A program made the position numbers and the translations under genes. Shown piece after piece: positions 17,627 to 26,479 of a stretch of 64,000 nt of DNA. The stretch lies in IMG/VR virus record IMGVR_UViG_3300010429_000387, positions 160,001 through 224,000 of that record. One strand, written 5' to 3'. A model generated the notes under the pieces. That model made no database searches, was not told the origin of the DNA, and was given only the letters and a program-made list of their open reading frames with translations. Every line of letters starts with the position of its first letter. Positions within the stretch are counted from its first letter, which is position 1. The DNA is from a virus. Taxonomy: Duplodnaviria > Caudoviricetes.

Positions 17627-18850
17627 ATGTACACCAATCGGACTGCCCGAGAGCTTCACGCCAGGCTTCTCCTCTCTATGTCAATGGAGGATGCCAAGGA
17701 AATCCTAGGCTTTCCACCTGGGTCAAGCCCTTCCCCTTCGGAAGTAGCCAGGGCGTACAAGCGCAAGGCCCTGGAGAACCACCCTGATCGGGGTGGGGAC
17801 CCAAGGAAGATGGTGGAGGTCAATGTTGCCAAGGAAGTCTTGGACGGGAAGTCTCGTGGTGACTTCGTCCGGCAGCAGAACGAGGAGGAGAAGAAGAGGC
17901 GTGAAGCCCTTCTGAGGGACCTCGCTACCATCGACCGGGCCAAGAAGCAGGCCGTTCAGGCTATGGCAAACCACTCTCTGTACGTGTTTTCCTTCCGGAT
18001 TCGGGAGCCCTTCCGGGTTTTCCTTATGGATGACTTCGCAGAGGTCCTGGACTTGGTTCATGACCATGCTGAGAAGGGACTCAAGAAGCCCGCCTCCAAG
18101 GATGACGAGAAGGCCCTGAAGAGTGTCCTGGGGGTCATTAAGGAGATGAACGGGATCACCCTTCGGATTGCCAGTAAGTACCGTGGGCTCTCCAACCCTG
18201 GGGAGATCATGCTCTCCCAGCTTGAGGACCGGTACGAGAGTGGCGTGGCTATCCAGAAGATGATGGAAGACCTCTTCGCCAAGTCGAGGCAACTGAATGG
18301 CCTTCTGATGACGGGCCTTGGTCCGACCTATGAAGATGCCATCTCCATCCCGGATAAGGTCTGTGATCGCTACCTGAATGCCCATTCTTGGTTGGAGTCC
18401 TACATACGGGACCTCTCATCCTTCGACCCGAGTGACCTTCAGAAGGTACTGAAGAAGGTCGAGGAGGCTGTGACCGAGGTGCTCGACATCCTGAAGGACC
18501 GGAAGGTGAACCCCAGGGACTTCGACATCTCGCCCAACTGGCAGAGCTGGGACATCCCGGACAGCTTCGACCTTGCCGAGGTGGCAATCCGAAACCCAGT
18601 CAAGCACGCAAGCCAGGACGACGTGATTGCCCTTCGTGTGGCAGCCAGATACAAGGAGGCCGCCCCAAGAGGTAAGGCCCAGGTAGCCATCATGGAGTAC
18701 CTCAAGAGCGGAGATGAGGTACAGCTCACCGACATGACCCGACACCCGTCCTTTCGAGGGGTTCACTTTTCGGCCATCCAGTCGGCTGCTGAAGCCCTGA
18801 AGAAGCAAGGGCTGATCGAGTACAACGGCAAGACTCTCAAGAAAAAGTAA
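17627..18850 (+). CDS. J-domain (DnaJ-type) multi-domain protein
   Basis: AKEILG..EVARAYKRKALENHPDRGGDPRKMVEVN with intact HPD. RBS GGAG precedes ATG 17627. Small HTH-like C-terminal module after RVAARYKEAA. Confidence 0.85.
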   Translation: MYTNRTARELHARLLLSMSMEDAKEILGFPPGSSPSPSEVARAYKRKALENHPDRGGDPRKMVEVNVAKEVLDGKSRGDFVRQQNEEEKKRREALLRDLATIDRAKKQAVQAMANHSLYVFSFRIREPFRVFLMDDFAEVLDLVHDHAEKGLKKPASKDDEKALKSVLGVIKEMNGITLRIASKYRGLSNPGEIMLSQLEDRYESGVAIQKMMEDLFAKSRQLNGLLMTGLGPTYEDAISIPDKVCDRYLNAHSWLESYIRDLSSFDPSDLQKVLKKVEEAVTEVLDILKDRKVNPRDFDISPNWQSWDIPDSFDLAEVAIRNPVKHASQDDVIALRVAARYKEAAPRGKAQVAIMEYLKSGDEVQLTDMTRHPSFRGVHFSAIQSAAEALKKQGLIEYNGKTLKKK

Positions 18851-18891
18851 CCTCTTGGTTGAAAGAACCTCCCCTGGTCCGTTGTAGAGCT

Positions 18892-19233
18892 ATGACGACC
18901 TCGAACTACTCCAAGACGGACTGGGAAGTTGACCTGACCTCGGACCTCGTGTCCACGGGCTACAATGAGGACGGCGAGGAAGTCATCCGGGAGTGCTTCT
19001 ACGTGACCCTGACGAACAGCTTCGGGGACCGATACCGCTCGAACTTCTCGTCTTTCAACAGGAAGGACGTTGAGGTTCATGAGAAGAAGGTGGCTCGTCA
19101 CCTGGTCCTCGGTTGTTCACCTGTGGGCTCCTCCAAGTGGACCCCGCACTACCCGGTGTACGGTTCACCGGCATATTCGTCTTACGGGGCGGCAGAAGAG
19201 GTCGCCTGGGAACGCAAGATGGATGCAGCATGA
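18892..19233 (+). CDS. Hypothetical phage protein
   Basis: 113-aa ORF with matching codon bias, ending YPVYGSPAYSSYG..VAWER. Confidence 0.65.
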   Translation: MTTSNYSKTDWEVDLTSDLVSTGYNEDGEEVIRECFYVTLTNSFGDRYRSNFSSFNRKDVEVHEKKVARHLVLGCSPVGSSKWTPHYPVYGSPAYSSYGAAEEVAWERKMDAA

Positions 19234-19289
19234 TTGATGCTCTTTGGTTGGGGGTTCTTTCTATGAGCCCCCACTGAAGATACCTGGAG

Positions 19290-22200
19290 ATGGACATGGC
19301 CTTGAAGATCGACGAACGGCTCCTCGTTGCAGCGGCAGACGGTACCCCCAAGAATGACGACCGGGAGACCGCTCCAGGCCGTCTGCTGGACCTCATGGTC
19401 CTGGTGCTGGCAATCGACGCCTACACCATCGGTGGGGACGACCAGCAGTTCCTCGACAAGGGCCTGGCTCTCTACAGGATGCACCGTAGTTCCATTGAAG
19501 AGGCTGCCAAGAAGCACCTCGACTCACTGATGGAGCGTCCTGATGCGGGAACGGTCAGTGCGAAGTACCGACTCATGGAGCAGGTGGACCCGAGCAAGAA
19601 GGCTCGGTTCATCGAGGAGTTCATGGTCTGGATCAAGCGCCGGACCACCCTCATGCGGGACGTGTTCCCCGGCCGGACCTATGCCAATGCTGCCAAGGTA
19701 GCGGCTGCCTGTGAGGAGCCGGATCTCGAAACCAGGATGCAAAAGCTGGCGGTTGTTCCGACCAGCTCAGGTCTTTCCTCGATGTTCAAGTGGGTCCGCA
19801 AGGGTGCAGAACTCTTGGGAGCCCCAGCCCCGACGGTCGAAGCCATCTCTGCCCAGGTCGAGGGTGCTCAGGCGATTGCTGAGGAGATGAAGGAAGCTGA
19901 CCGGAAGATCAATGTGGAGCCGGTGGGTTCCCCGACTCGGGCAGCCCTGGAAGACAGGAAGCTCGACCTGGCTGCTGACCTCAATGAGGCAGTCGAGGAG
20001 TCTGACGACCCTCAGATTGTTGGGTCAGCAGCAGCTAGCAAGTTTGCGGCACCTTCCAGGACGGCTCAGAAGTTTGGCCTGACTCCCGAGCAGGAAGACG
20101 TGATGCGCTCGATGGGGAAGGTGGTCATCGCTGCTGGAGCAGGTTCGGGCAAGACCCAGACCCTTGTTGCCACCATCGCCCACCTCGTTGAGGAGAAGGG
20201 CTACATGCCGAGCCAGATCATGGCTTGCTCCTTCACGGTGGCTGCCTCCACTGAGCTTGAGGCTCGTGTGACCGAGAGGGCAGGGATCCATGGGGCCAGG
20301 ATTGGCACCACCCACTCGATGGCTCGTGAGATCATCACGAAGAACCGACCTGGCCTGGCTCAGGCAGTCAAGAACACCAAGGCAGCGGACAAGCTCTTCA
20401 AGATTGCCATGAAGCAGGTCCCTCTGGACCCCAAGGCTCATGAGAAGGCTCTGGAGCAGAACAAGGATACGATGGCTCGGATCGAAGCCATCCCTGGGTG
20501 GCGTTCGATTGAGATCCTACGCTCCTTCCATGACCAGCTCGCAAGGGGTCGGACCCTCTCTGAAAAGCAGATGGCCGTCATCCCCAAGTTCGAGGGTCGT
20601 GGAGGTGGTGGCTACGGGGGTGGAGGGTACCGCCGTCGGTATGCTGAGGAAGAGGTACCGGCTGTCAACGCAGTTCGGGCAGCTATGTCCCAAGCTCAGC
20701 TCCCCCTCCCAGGGGTTCCGGTTGTTGCCGCTGACTCGGATGCCCCTAGTGACGACCGGATCAGTCCCTACTGGACCACTCCCTGTGGTCAGTGGTTCAA
20801 CATTGGCAAGCCCATCGTGGGTGATGACCAGAAGCCGATGGGGGAGAAGAGGGCCAAGCTGGCCGTCGAGAACTTCAAGAATGCGGGTCAGACGGTAGAG
20901 CAGGTCCGGGCAGAGATGGGTGATGACCATCCTCTGGCGGCTCTCTATGGGGCCTACGAATGGCTCAAGCAGAACGACCCGGTGATGGCCCCGGCTATGG
21001 ATTTCACCGATCAGCTCGTTGTGGCTCTGGACATCCTGAAGAACGACCCGGCAGCTCGGGCAGCCGAACAGCGTCGTTTCAAGGCAGTTCTGGTTGATGA
21101 GGCTCAGGATCTCAACCAGATCCAGTTCGAGATGTTCCAGATCCTTGGGGAGAAGGCAGACCTTCTCGGCTTCATTGGGGATGACAAGCAGAGCATCTAC
21201 GCCTTCCGTGGCGCAAAGCCCAAGAACTACGTGGATTTGTCCAAGCAGGAGGGCTTCCAGACCAAGCTCATGACGATGAACTTCCGCTCTGGGAAGGCCA
21301 TCGTCGATGCTGCCAACAAGCTCATCGCCCACAATGCGGATCGTCAGATCCCGATGACTTGTGACGCTGACGTGGAGCGCAAGGGCATGGGGGCTATCCG
21401 GACTCGGGATGCAGCCGACCATGAGGATGCAGCCGACCAGGTAGCTCAGGAGATCAAGGACTCGTGTGATGCCGGGGACTCCCCCAAGGACTTCGGGATC
21501 CTGGTCCGGAACAATGCCGAGCACGACGCCTACACCCTGGCCCTCTTGGTTCGGGGCATCCCCTACCGCCTTCTCAAGCGTGGTGATGGTGGGTACTTTG
21601 GAAAGCCACTGGTCCGGGCTCTGACTGCCTGGATGCGGTTGGTGGTTGGCGGGAGCAACGAAGCCGTCAACGAAGCCGTTCTTGATGCCCACATGACCCC
21701 TGGCTTCGGGCTGGACAAGCAGTTCGGTGCGGGCCTCTCTCGAAGTGCTCGGGGTCAGAGCTACCTCGACTACATTCTAGGTGGGAACCCAGTGTACTTC
21801 GGGAAGGCTGACTGGATGAACAAGCGTGTGGCTGAGTATGCCAACGCTATCCGGACTGTTTCCGCTGTTGGGGGCATGGACTCCCCCTCTCTCATCCGGG
21901 CCATCCTGAACATCAAGGGTCAGAAGGGAACCTTCGAGGACGCCCTGATGAAGTTGGTGGATGAGGATGACGTGATCGAGGAGGACGGTGCTGAAGCCGG
22001 TGAGGAGGCCATCCGGAATGCGGCTATGGCACCTCTTCGCCCTCTCATGATCATGGCTGAGAACTTCAAGGACCCAGAGAATCTCCTTGGGTTCATCGCT
22101 AAGATGAAGGCGGCCAACGAGAAGGCCCAGAAGAAGAACCCAGAGGACAAGGAAGACTGGAAGGAGCCTGCTGTTCTGGTTGGCACCGTCCACGGGTGGA

Positions 22201-22805
22201 AGGGCCTCCAGGCTAAGCACTGCTATGTGTGCATGGCGGGAGGGGTCTTCCCCAACTTCCGGAGTGACGAGAAGGAAGCAGCAGGGGACGAGACCGCTTT
22301 CGATGAAGAGCGTCGTCTAGCCTATGTCGCCATCACCCGAGGCGAACAATCGGTGACGGTCATGGCCCCCCAGAAGAACTACCTCGGGAAGCCTGCCCCT
22401 ATGTCCCGGTTCATCGCTGAGGCGTGTATTCCAGTGGTGGGTGAGAAGGCCCAGGCTGAAGCAGAGCGAGGGGACGCCCCGAACGATGAGCAGCTTGTCT
22501 TTGCTGACCCAAGTCAGGACCAAGCAGGACCAAACGACAGGACCGCAAGCACGATCAGGTCAGGTCTTTTCCAGAGGGCCTTCCTGGCCTTCAGCCATGG
22601 TATGGAGCCTTCGGCCTTCGATGACCTGGTGGAGTCGGACCTTCTGACGGACCCGACGATTGGTACCTCCGGACCTTGTGGGGGTGACTGCGAAGGCGGC
22701 TGCAAGGATGGTGGCGAGTGTGAAGGCGGCTGCAAGGGCGGTTGTGGAGACAAGGCATCCGAGGATGGGGTGACCTGCCCCTGTGAGTACGACTACGCTC
22801 GGTAG
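19290..22805 (+). CDS. uvrD: UvrD/Rep/PcrA-like SF1A DNA helicase with N-terminal, internal and C-terminal extensions
   Basis: LTPEQ, AGAGSGKT, SFT, GTTHS, VLVDEAQD, GDDKQSIYAFRGA, NFRS, ILVRNN, TVHGWKGLQ, EERRLAYVAITR. Confidence 0.92.
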   Translation: MDMALKIDERLLVAAADGTPKNDDRETAPGRLLDLMVLVLAIDAYTIGGDDQQFLDKGLALYRMHRSSIEEAAKKHLDSLMERPDAGTVSAKYRLMEQVDPSKKARFIEEFMVWIKRRTTLMRDVFPGRTYANAAKVAAACEEPDLETRMQKLAVVPTSSGLSSMFKWVRKGAELLGAPAPTVEAISAQVEGAQAIAEEMKEADRKINVEPVGSPTRAALEDRKLDLAADLNEAVEESDDPQIVGSAAASKFAAPSRTAQKFGLTPEQEDVMRSMGKVVIAAGAGSGKTQTLVATIAHLVEEKGYMPSQIMACSFTVAASTELEARVTERAGIHGARIGTTHSMAREIITKNRPGLAQAVKNTKAADKLFKIAMKQVPLDPKAHEKALEQNKDTMARIEAIPGWRSIEILRSFHDQLARGRTLSEKQMAVIPKFEGRGGGGYGGGGYRRRYAEEEVPAVNAVRAAMSQAQLPLPGVPVVAADSDAPSDDRISPYWTTPCGQWFNIGKPIVGDDQKPMGEKRAKLAVENFKNAGQTVEQVRAEMGDDHPLAALYGAYEWLKQNDPVMAPAMDFTDQLVVALDILKNDPAARAAEQRRFKAVLVDEAQDLNQIQFEMFQILGEKADLLGFIGDDKQSIYAFRGAKPKNYVDLSKQEGFQTKLMTMNFRSGKAIVDAANKLIAHNADRQIPMTCDADVERKGMGAIRTRDAADHEDAADQVAQEIKDSCDAGDSPKDFGILVRNNAEHDAYTLALLVRGIPYRLLKRGDGGYFGKPLVRALTAWMRLVVGGSNEAVNEAVLDAHMTPGFGLDKQFGAGLSRSARGQSYLDYILGGNPVYFGKADWMNKRVAEYANAIRTVSAVGGMDSPSLIRAILNIKGQKGTFEDALMKLVDEDDVIEEDGAEAGEEAIRNAAMAPLRPLMIMAENFKDPENLLGFIAKMKAANEKAQKKNPEDKEDWKEPAVLVGTVHGWKGLQAKHCYVCMAGGVFPNFRSDEKEAAGDETAFDEERRLAYVAITRGEQSVTVMAPQKNYLGKPAPMSRFIAEACIPVVGEKAQAEAERGDAPNDEQLVFADPSQDQAGPNDRTASTIRSGLFQRAFLAFSHGMEPSAFDDLVESDLLTDPTIGTSGPCGGDCEGGCKDGGECEGGCKGGCGDKASEDGVTCPCEYDYAR

Positions 22806-22827
22806 CCGGTCGGTGTAGACTCCGACC

Positions 22828-23679
22828 ATGCAGGTGTCGGAGCTTCAGTTCCAAGTTCTCGTTGACCCAGGGCTCCCCTCGATTGTGAGTGGAGCCCTGT
22901 GCTTTGAGACCGGAGCTACTCGGGAGCAGTTGGGTCCTGGGGTCTACGAGCACCATGGTGCTGGGTTCCGACCTGAGGACCCTGGAGCCCTCACTCGGTT
23001 CTACGAGGACCTTCTCCTGGGAACACCCCTACCCCTCGTCTTTGCCACCAAAGAGGTTCGTGGGCCTGACACCCTCCTGGCGATAGCTCTCTTCCTGCAC
23101 CGGGAGCTTGCCCTTGTCCCAGCCGCTACAGGGTTGGTGGCCGGGGTAGACCTCTACCATCGTTGGGGGCCTCCACTCCTTGCCCATATCGAACCGGCCC
23201 TTGCTGGGTTCCTCCGGACCTTCGACAAGTTCTTCCCCTCCAACCTGACCAAGAGGGAGCGTGGAGAGAGGATCGGAATGGGTGCTCAATGGGTTCGAGA
23301 GTTCCTTCTGGAAGGGAACCTCCCCAACCTGGGGACTCCTCTGCCTGAGGTTCGAGTAGTGGACATTGGGTCTAACAGCTTCGTTCTTGCTGAAACCATG
23401 TCCCCCTCCGTTGAAGCCTGGGAGGTACTGTACAGATCCGGGCACCTACGAGGGGTCCTTCTGGGACCTGATCTTGAGGGTCTTCGAGTTGTTCTTGCCT
23501 CCAGGAAGCACGAGCGAGCATGGCCTGGGATGGGCAATGCTGTGGTGTTCCTAAATGACTTGGAGGGTCTTTCTGGGGGTCAACCCGAGTGGACCTGTGA
23601 TGGGTCCTATCTACGTTCACCACCTGTGGGCTCACGGATCCTCCCCTCCCACCTGCTGGAAGTATTTTTGAGAATGTAA
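22828..23679 (+). CDS. Hypothetical protein, possibly a degenerate DHH-like fold
   Basis: 283 aa; YEHHG and GPDTLLA resemble DHH-type motifs, but key acidic residues are unclear. Confidence 0.45.
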   Translation: MQVSELQFQVLVDPGLPSIVSGALCFETGATREQLGPGVYEHHGAGFRPEDPGALTRFYEDLLLGTPLPLVFATKEVRGPDTLLAIALFLHRELALVPAATGLVAGVDLYHRWGPPLLAHIEPALAGFLRTFDKFFPSNLTKRERGERIGMGAQWVREFLLEGNLPNLGTPLPEVRVVDIGSNSFVLAETMSPSVEAWEVLYRSGHLRGVLLGPDLEGLRVVLASRKHERAWPGMGNAVVFLNDLEGLSGGQPEWTCDGSYLRSPPVGSRILPSHLLEVFLRM

Positions 23680-23699
23680 GGGCAACCCAGGGGGTTATC

Positions 23700-23906
23700 G
23701 TGTTGCCAGTGACTATCGACCAAGAGACACGAGAAAGTCGTGTAGTTGAGAGACTTTACCCTCTTACCGAGGACGGGTTGGACCTTCTGAGTGAGGTCGA
23801 TGCTTTACCCCCTCCCCCGCTAGTTCCAGGTTTCGCCAGGGACACTATCCCTTGTCCTCCCCCGGATCCCAACGAGTGGACCTCGGATGAGGATCCGGGG
23901 TGGTGA
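23700..23906 (+). CDS. Small acidic Pro-rich hypothetical protein
   Basis: 68-aa ORF filling an intergenic gap; GTG start. Confidence 0.4.
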   Translation: MLPVTIDQETRESRVVERLYPLTEDGLDLLSEVDALPPPPLVPGFARDTIPCPPPDPNEWTSDEDPGW

Positions 23907-23935
23907 ATCTTGTTGTCCGTCTTCTGCTCTAGGAG

Positions 23936-25498
23936 ATGGCACCCTCACTCATCACAGTCGCTACCGACGGGTTCCGGGACTACGTTGACCTCCCAGACGG
24001 AAGGCAGCTCAATCTCGGGTCTGTTTCGGTCCTGAAGTTGGTGACCTCTCTTGTCTCCAGCTCGACTGACTGTCGAAAAGCACTCGACGGATTCCTAAGC
24101 AAAGGTTCGACCACCATCAAGGTTGACCTGCAAGCTCTGGAGGGGCTTTTGCGTCCTCGCAGGGCACGATGGGCGGGGCATGGTGATCCGTTTATCCCTG
24201 CTGATTCTCGTCTACACTTCAGAGGCGCAAGCATGAACCCAGTCCAAGCTATCCACACCCACATCGACGAAATCGAGAGGCATGTCGCTGCGCTTCAGCA
24301 AGAAGCTGGGCAGGGACAAGAGCAACAGGAGAAGTCCGCTGGCCTTCACAGGGTCGTGGCGGCACTTCTGGGCCTGGTGACTCAAACGGAGGCCGAAGGG
24401 CTCAGCGCTAAGCTGTCAGCCATCGAGTCCACGATTGATGCCATCAACAAGGCTGGCTCTGCCCCCAAGGGCTCGGTTGAGACCCTTCGTGGCCTCACTG
24501 CAAGCCTCTGTGAGGTGGTGACAGGCAAGACTGCTGCTGTGGACGAGGATGCCAAGCGGGAACTCGAACTCTACATGGAGAACGAGTCGAGGCTCTATCG
24601 TCAGAAGCAGGACATCATCAAGAACATCATGCGGAAGATGAAGGGTGGCAAGTACAACCACTCTCTCGCCCCCAAGTTGTGGATGTACTGGGTTGACGAA
24701 GGCGCCAAGATGTACGTCCGTGAGTTCGGTGGGGACGTGAAGACCATGTTCCCGAAGCAACTTCGTGAGGAGTTGGCGAAAGAGATCGCCAACGACCAGA
24801 AGAAGCTCATCGAGGATGGGGAGTACGACAGCCTCAAGGTCGCTGCTGAACAGGATTGGTCAGTTACAGCCTCCGTCAAGTGGAATGAGGGGGATGGGTC
24901 CTGGACAGCTAATGGCGAGGGCGACTTCATCAAGAAGGTCACCATCACAGAGATCAAGGGTCCTGGGATTCCTCTGTACGTGCTGAAACTCACTACTGAG
25001 AAGGGTGAGTTCAAGTACAAGAAGGAGTACAAGAAGCTCAATGACGCCAAGAAGGATGGTGAGACCTGGGTGAAGTCTGATGAGGACGGGGCAAGCCTGA
25101 TCCTCACAGACTTCAAGAAGGTCGCTTCTCAGGGACAGGACCAGCAAGGTCAAGACGAGCAGGAGGCCCCTGAAGAGCAGGCCAAGCAGGCTCAGGACCA
25201 ACAGCAAGACCAGCAAGGGCAGGACAAGGAAGCCTCCCTCCGAATCTCTTCTGAAGAAGTTCTGGTGATCAACGAAGCTCTAGCACACTCGGTCATGGCG
25301 AAGGTCGAGAGTGCTCTGAAGGTGGTCGAGGCAAGTGGACTGCCCGGAACTCAAGTTGCCAAGAAGGACTTGAACACCATCTCGATCAAGCTGGCAAAGC
25401 TGGTTGAGGCGTCGGACCTCAAGAACCCGAGCCTCCGATCCGACCTCACGAAGCTCGCCAGCATGGCAGACAAAGTTCACTCTCACTTCGCCGCCTGA
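23936..25498 (+). CDS. Modular protein, putative internal head polyprotein
   Basis: RBS AGGAG. Domains are separated by KSAG, KTAA, KVAA, KVAS, KQAQ, KEAS and Gln-rich linkers. Confidence 0.7.
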   Translation: MAPSLITVATDGFRDYVDLPDGRQLNLGSVSVLKLVTSLVSSSTDCRKALDGFLSKGSTTIKVDLQALEGLLRPRRARWAGHGDPFIPADSRLHFRGASMNPVQAIHTHIDEIERHVAALQQEAGQGQEQQEKSAGLHRVVAALLGLVTQTEAEGLSAKLSAIESTIDAINKAGSAPKGSVETLRGLTASLCEVVTGKTAAVDEDAKRELELYMENESRLYRQKQDIIKNIMRKMKGGKYNHSLAPKLWMYWVDEGAKMYVREFGGDVKTMFPKQLREELAKEIANDQKKLIEDGEYDSLKVAAEQDWSVTASVKWNEGDGSWTANGEGDFIKKVTITEIKGPGIPLYVLKLTTEKGEFKYKKEYKKLNDAKKDGETWVKSDEDGASLILTDFKKVASQGQDQQGQDEQEAPEEQAKQAQDQQQDQQGQDKEASLRISSEEVLVINEALAHSVMAKVESALKVVEASGLPGTQVAKKDLNTISIKLAKLVEASDLKNPSLRSDLTKLASMADKVHSHFAA

Positions 25499-25517
25499 CC
25501 AAAGAGGAGCCTGACCG

Positions 25518-26240
25518 ATGGGAAACCCGAGGGAACTCAACACTTACATCTACCGAATGGGGACCGCCCCCAACACTCGTGTAGCCGTCAGCCAGAAGAA
25601 CAAGGTCTACGGCTACATGGTTGGAAAGAACAAGTTCCAACAGATCGGTGTGGTCTCTGAGTTCGGCTTCGATGAGAGCCGGACCATCGATCCCGTCCGT
25701 GGCGTAGGCTTTGGTGACACGGTTGCCGAGCTTGTGCCGGGCGTGACCGAGCCGATGGCCCTGACCTTGAACCGGACCCTGCTCTACACCGTGAACATCT
25801 TCCAGGTGCTCGGGTACAAGGGTGGCGTCGAAGGTCTGGTCAGGTCGCTCCGGCATCACCGCTGGCCGTTCGACATCAAGCAAGAGCTGGTCTTCTCCGA
25901 GCTGTCCTCGAAGGAGGACACGGTTGGTGTGGACTCGAAGAACATCAAGAAGGCCGTTCAGCAGCCCCAGGGTACTTCGAGCCTCTACACGAGTGACATC
26001 AAGGCCCTCTTCACCTTCTACGAGGGTTGCTGGCTCAACAGCTACTCCGCCTCGTTCACGAGCGATGCAGCCATCGTGGCTGAGAACTCTTCGGTGACTG
26101 TCACGGACATCATCGACGGTTTCTCGACCTACGGTGAGTTCATCGACACGGGCCTCAGCCCCGGTGGTGGTGGAACCGCTGGTGGTGGCTACTCGCTCCG
26201 GTTCGCCGGAGGAGCACAGCCCTCAACAACCGTCGGCTGA
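25518..26240 (+). CDS. Tail tube protein
   Basis: RBS GAGGAG and very strong codon bias. QIGVVSEFGFDESRTIDPVRGVG..ELVPG..LTLNR..PFDI..YEGCW..YS..VAENSSV fits the contractile tube fold; precedes chaperones and tape measure. Confidence 0.8.
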   Translation: MGNPRELNTYIYRMGTAPNTRVAVSQKNKVYGYMVGKNKFQQIGVVSEFGFDESRTIDPVRGVGFGDTVAELVPGVTEPMALTLNRTLLYTVNIFQVLGYKGGVEGLVRSLRHHRWPFDIKQELVFSELSSKEDTVGVDSKNIKKAVQQPQGTSSLYTSDIKALFTFYEGCWLNSYSASFTSDAAIVAENSSVTVTDIIDGFSTYGEFIDTGLSPGGGGTAGGGYSLRFAGGAQPSTTVG

Positions 26241-26250
26241 TGGCTGAGAT

Positions 26251-26416
26251 AGGCCCCCTTCAAGGAGGGGGCCTTAGATGAGATTGGACATGCGGCAACG
26301 GATGTAGATGTAGAAGTATCAGATCAGACCCAGATTGTTCCCTCACTCTCCCCGCTTGGTCCTCTGGGCGGGGAGGCTAGATCGGACCCCCGAACTAGAT
26401 GGGATGTAGATGTACA
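26251..26416 (+). promoter_or_regulatory. Structured YAGAY-repeat element or ncRNA after the tube gene (element 2)
   Basis: Hairpins at 26251-26274 and 26348-26375, with about 15 AGAT/GGAT/AGAC-type pentamers in the unpaired stretches. Confidence 0.55.
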
Positions 26417-26479
26417 CATTCACCTCTGCCGTCACCGCTGTCCTTCTCCACCACAACCCCAAACTGGTAGGGTGCGAGA

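Noticed and set aside
20400-20780. Intein within the UvrD insertion
   Set aside because: There is no N-terminal Cys/Ser block, no His-Asn C-terminal junction and no LAGLIDADG motif.
26251-26274. Intrinsic terminator after the tube gene
   Set aside because: The hairpin is good but lacks a U-tract, so it is treated as part of element 2 (possibly a stabilising or processing stem).
12294-26416. CRISPR array, tRNA or iteron origin as the explanation of the repeat elements
   Set aside because: The units are 5-mers with irregular spacing. There is no repeat-spacer periodicity, no cloverleaf or T-loop, and no AT-rich unwinding region.
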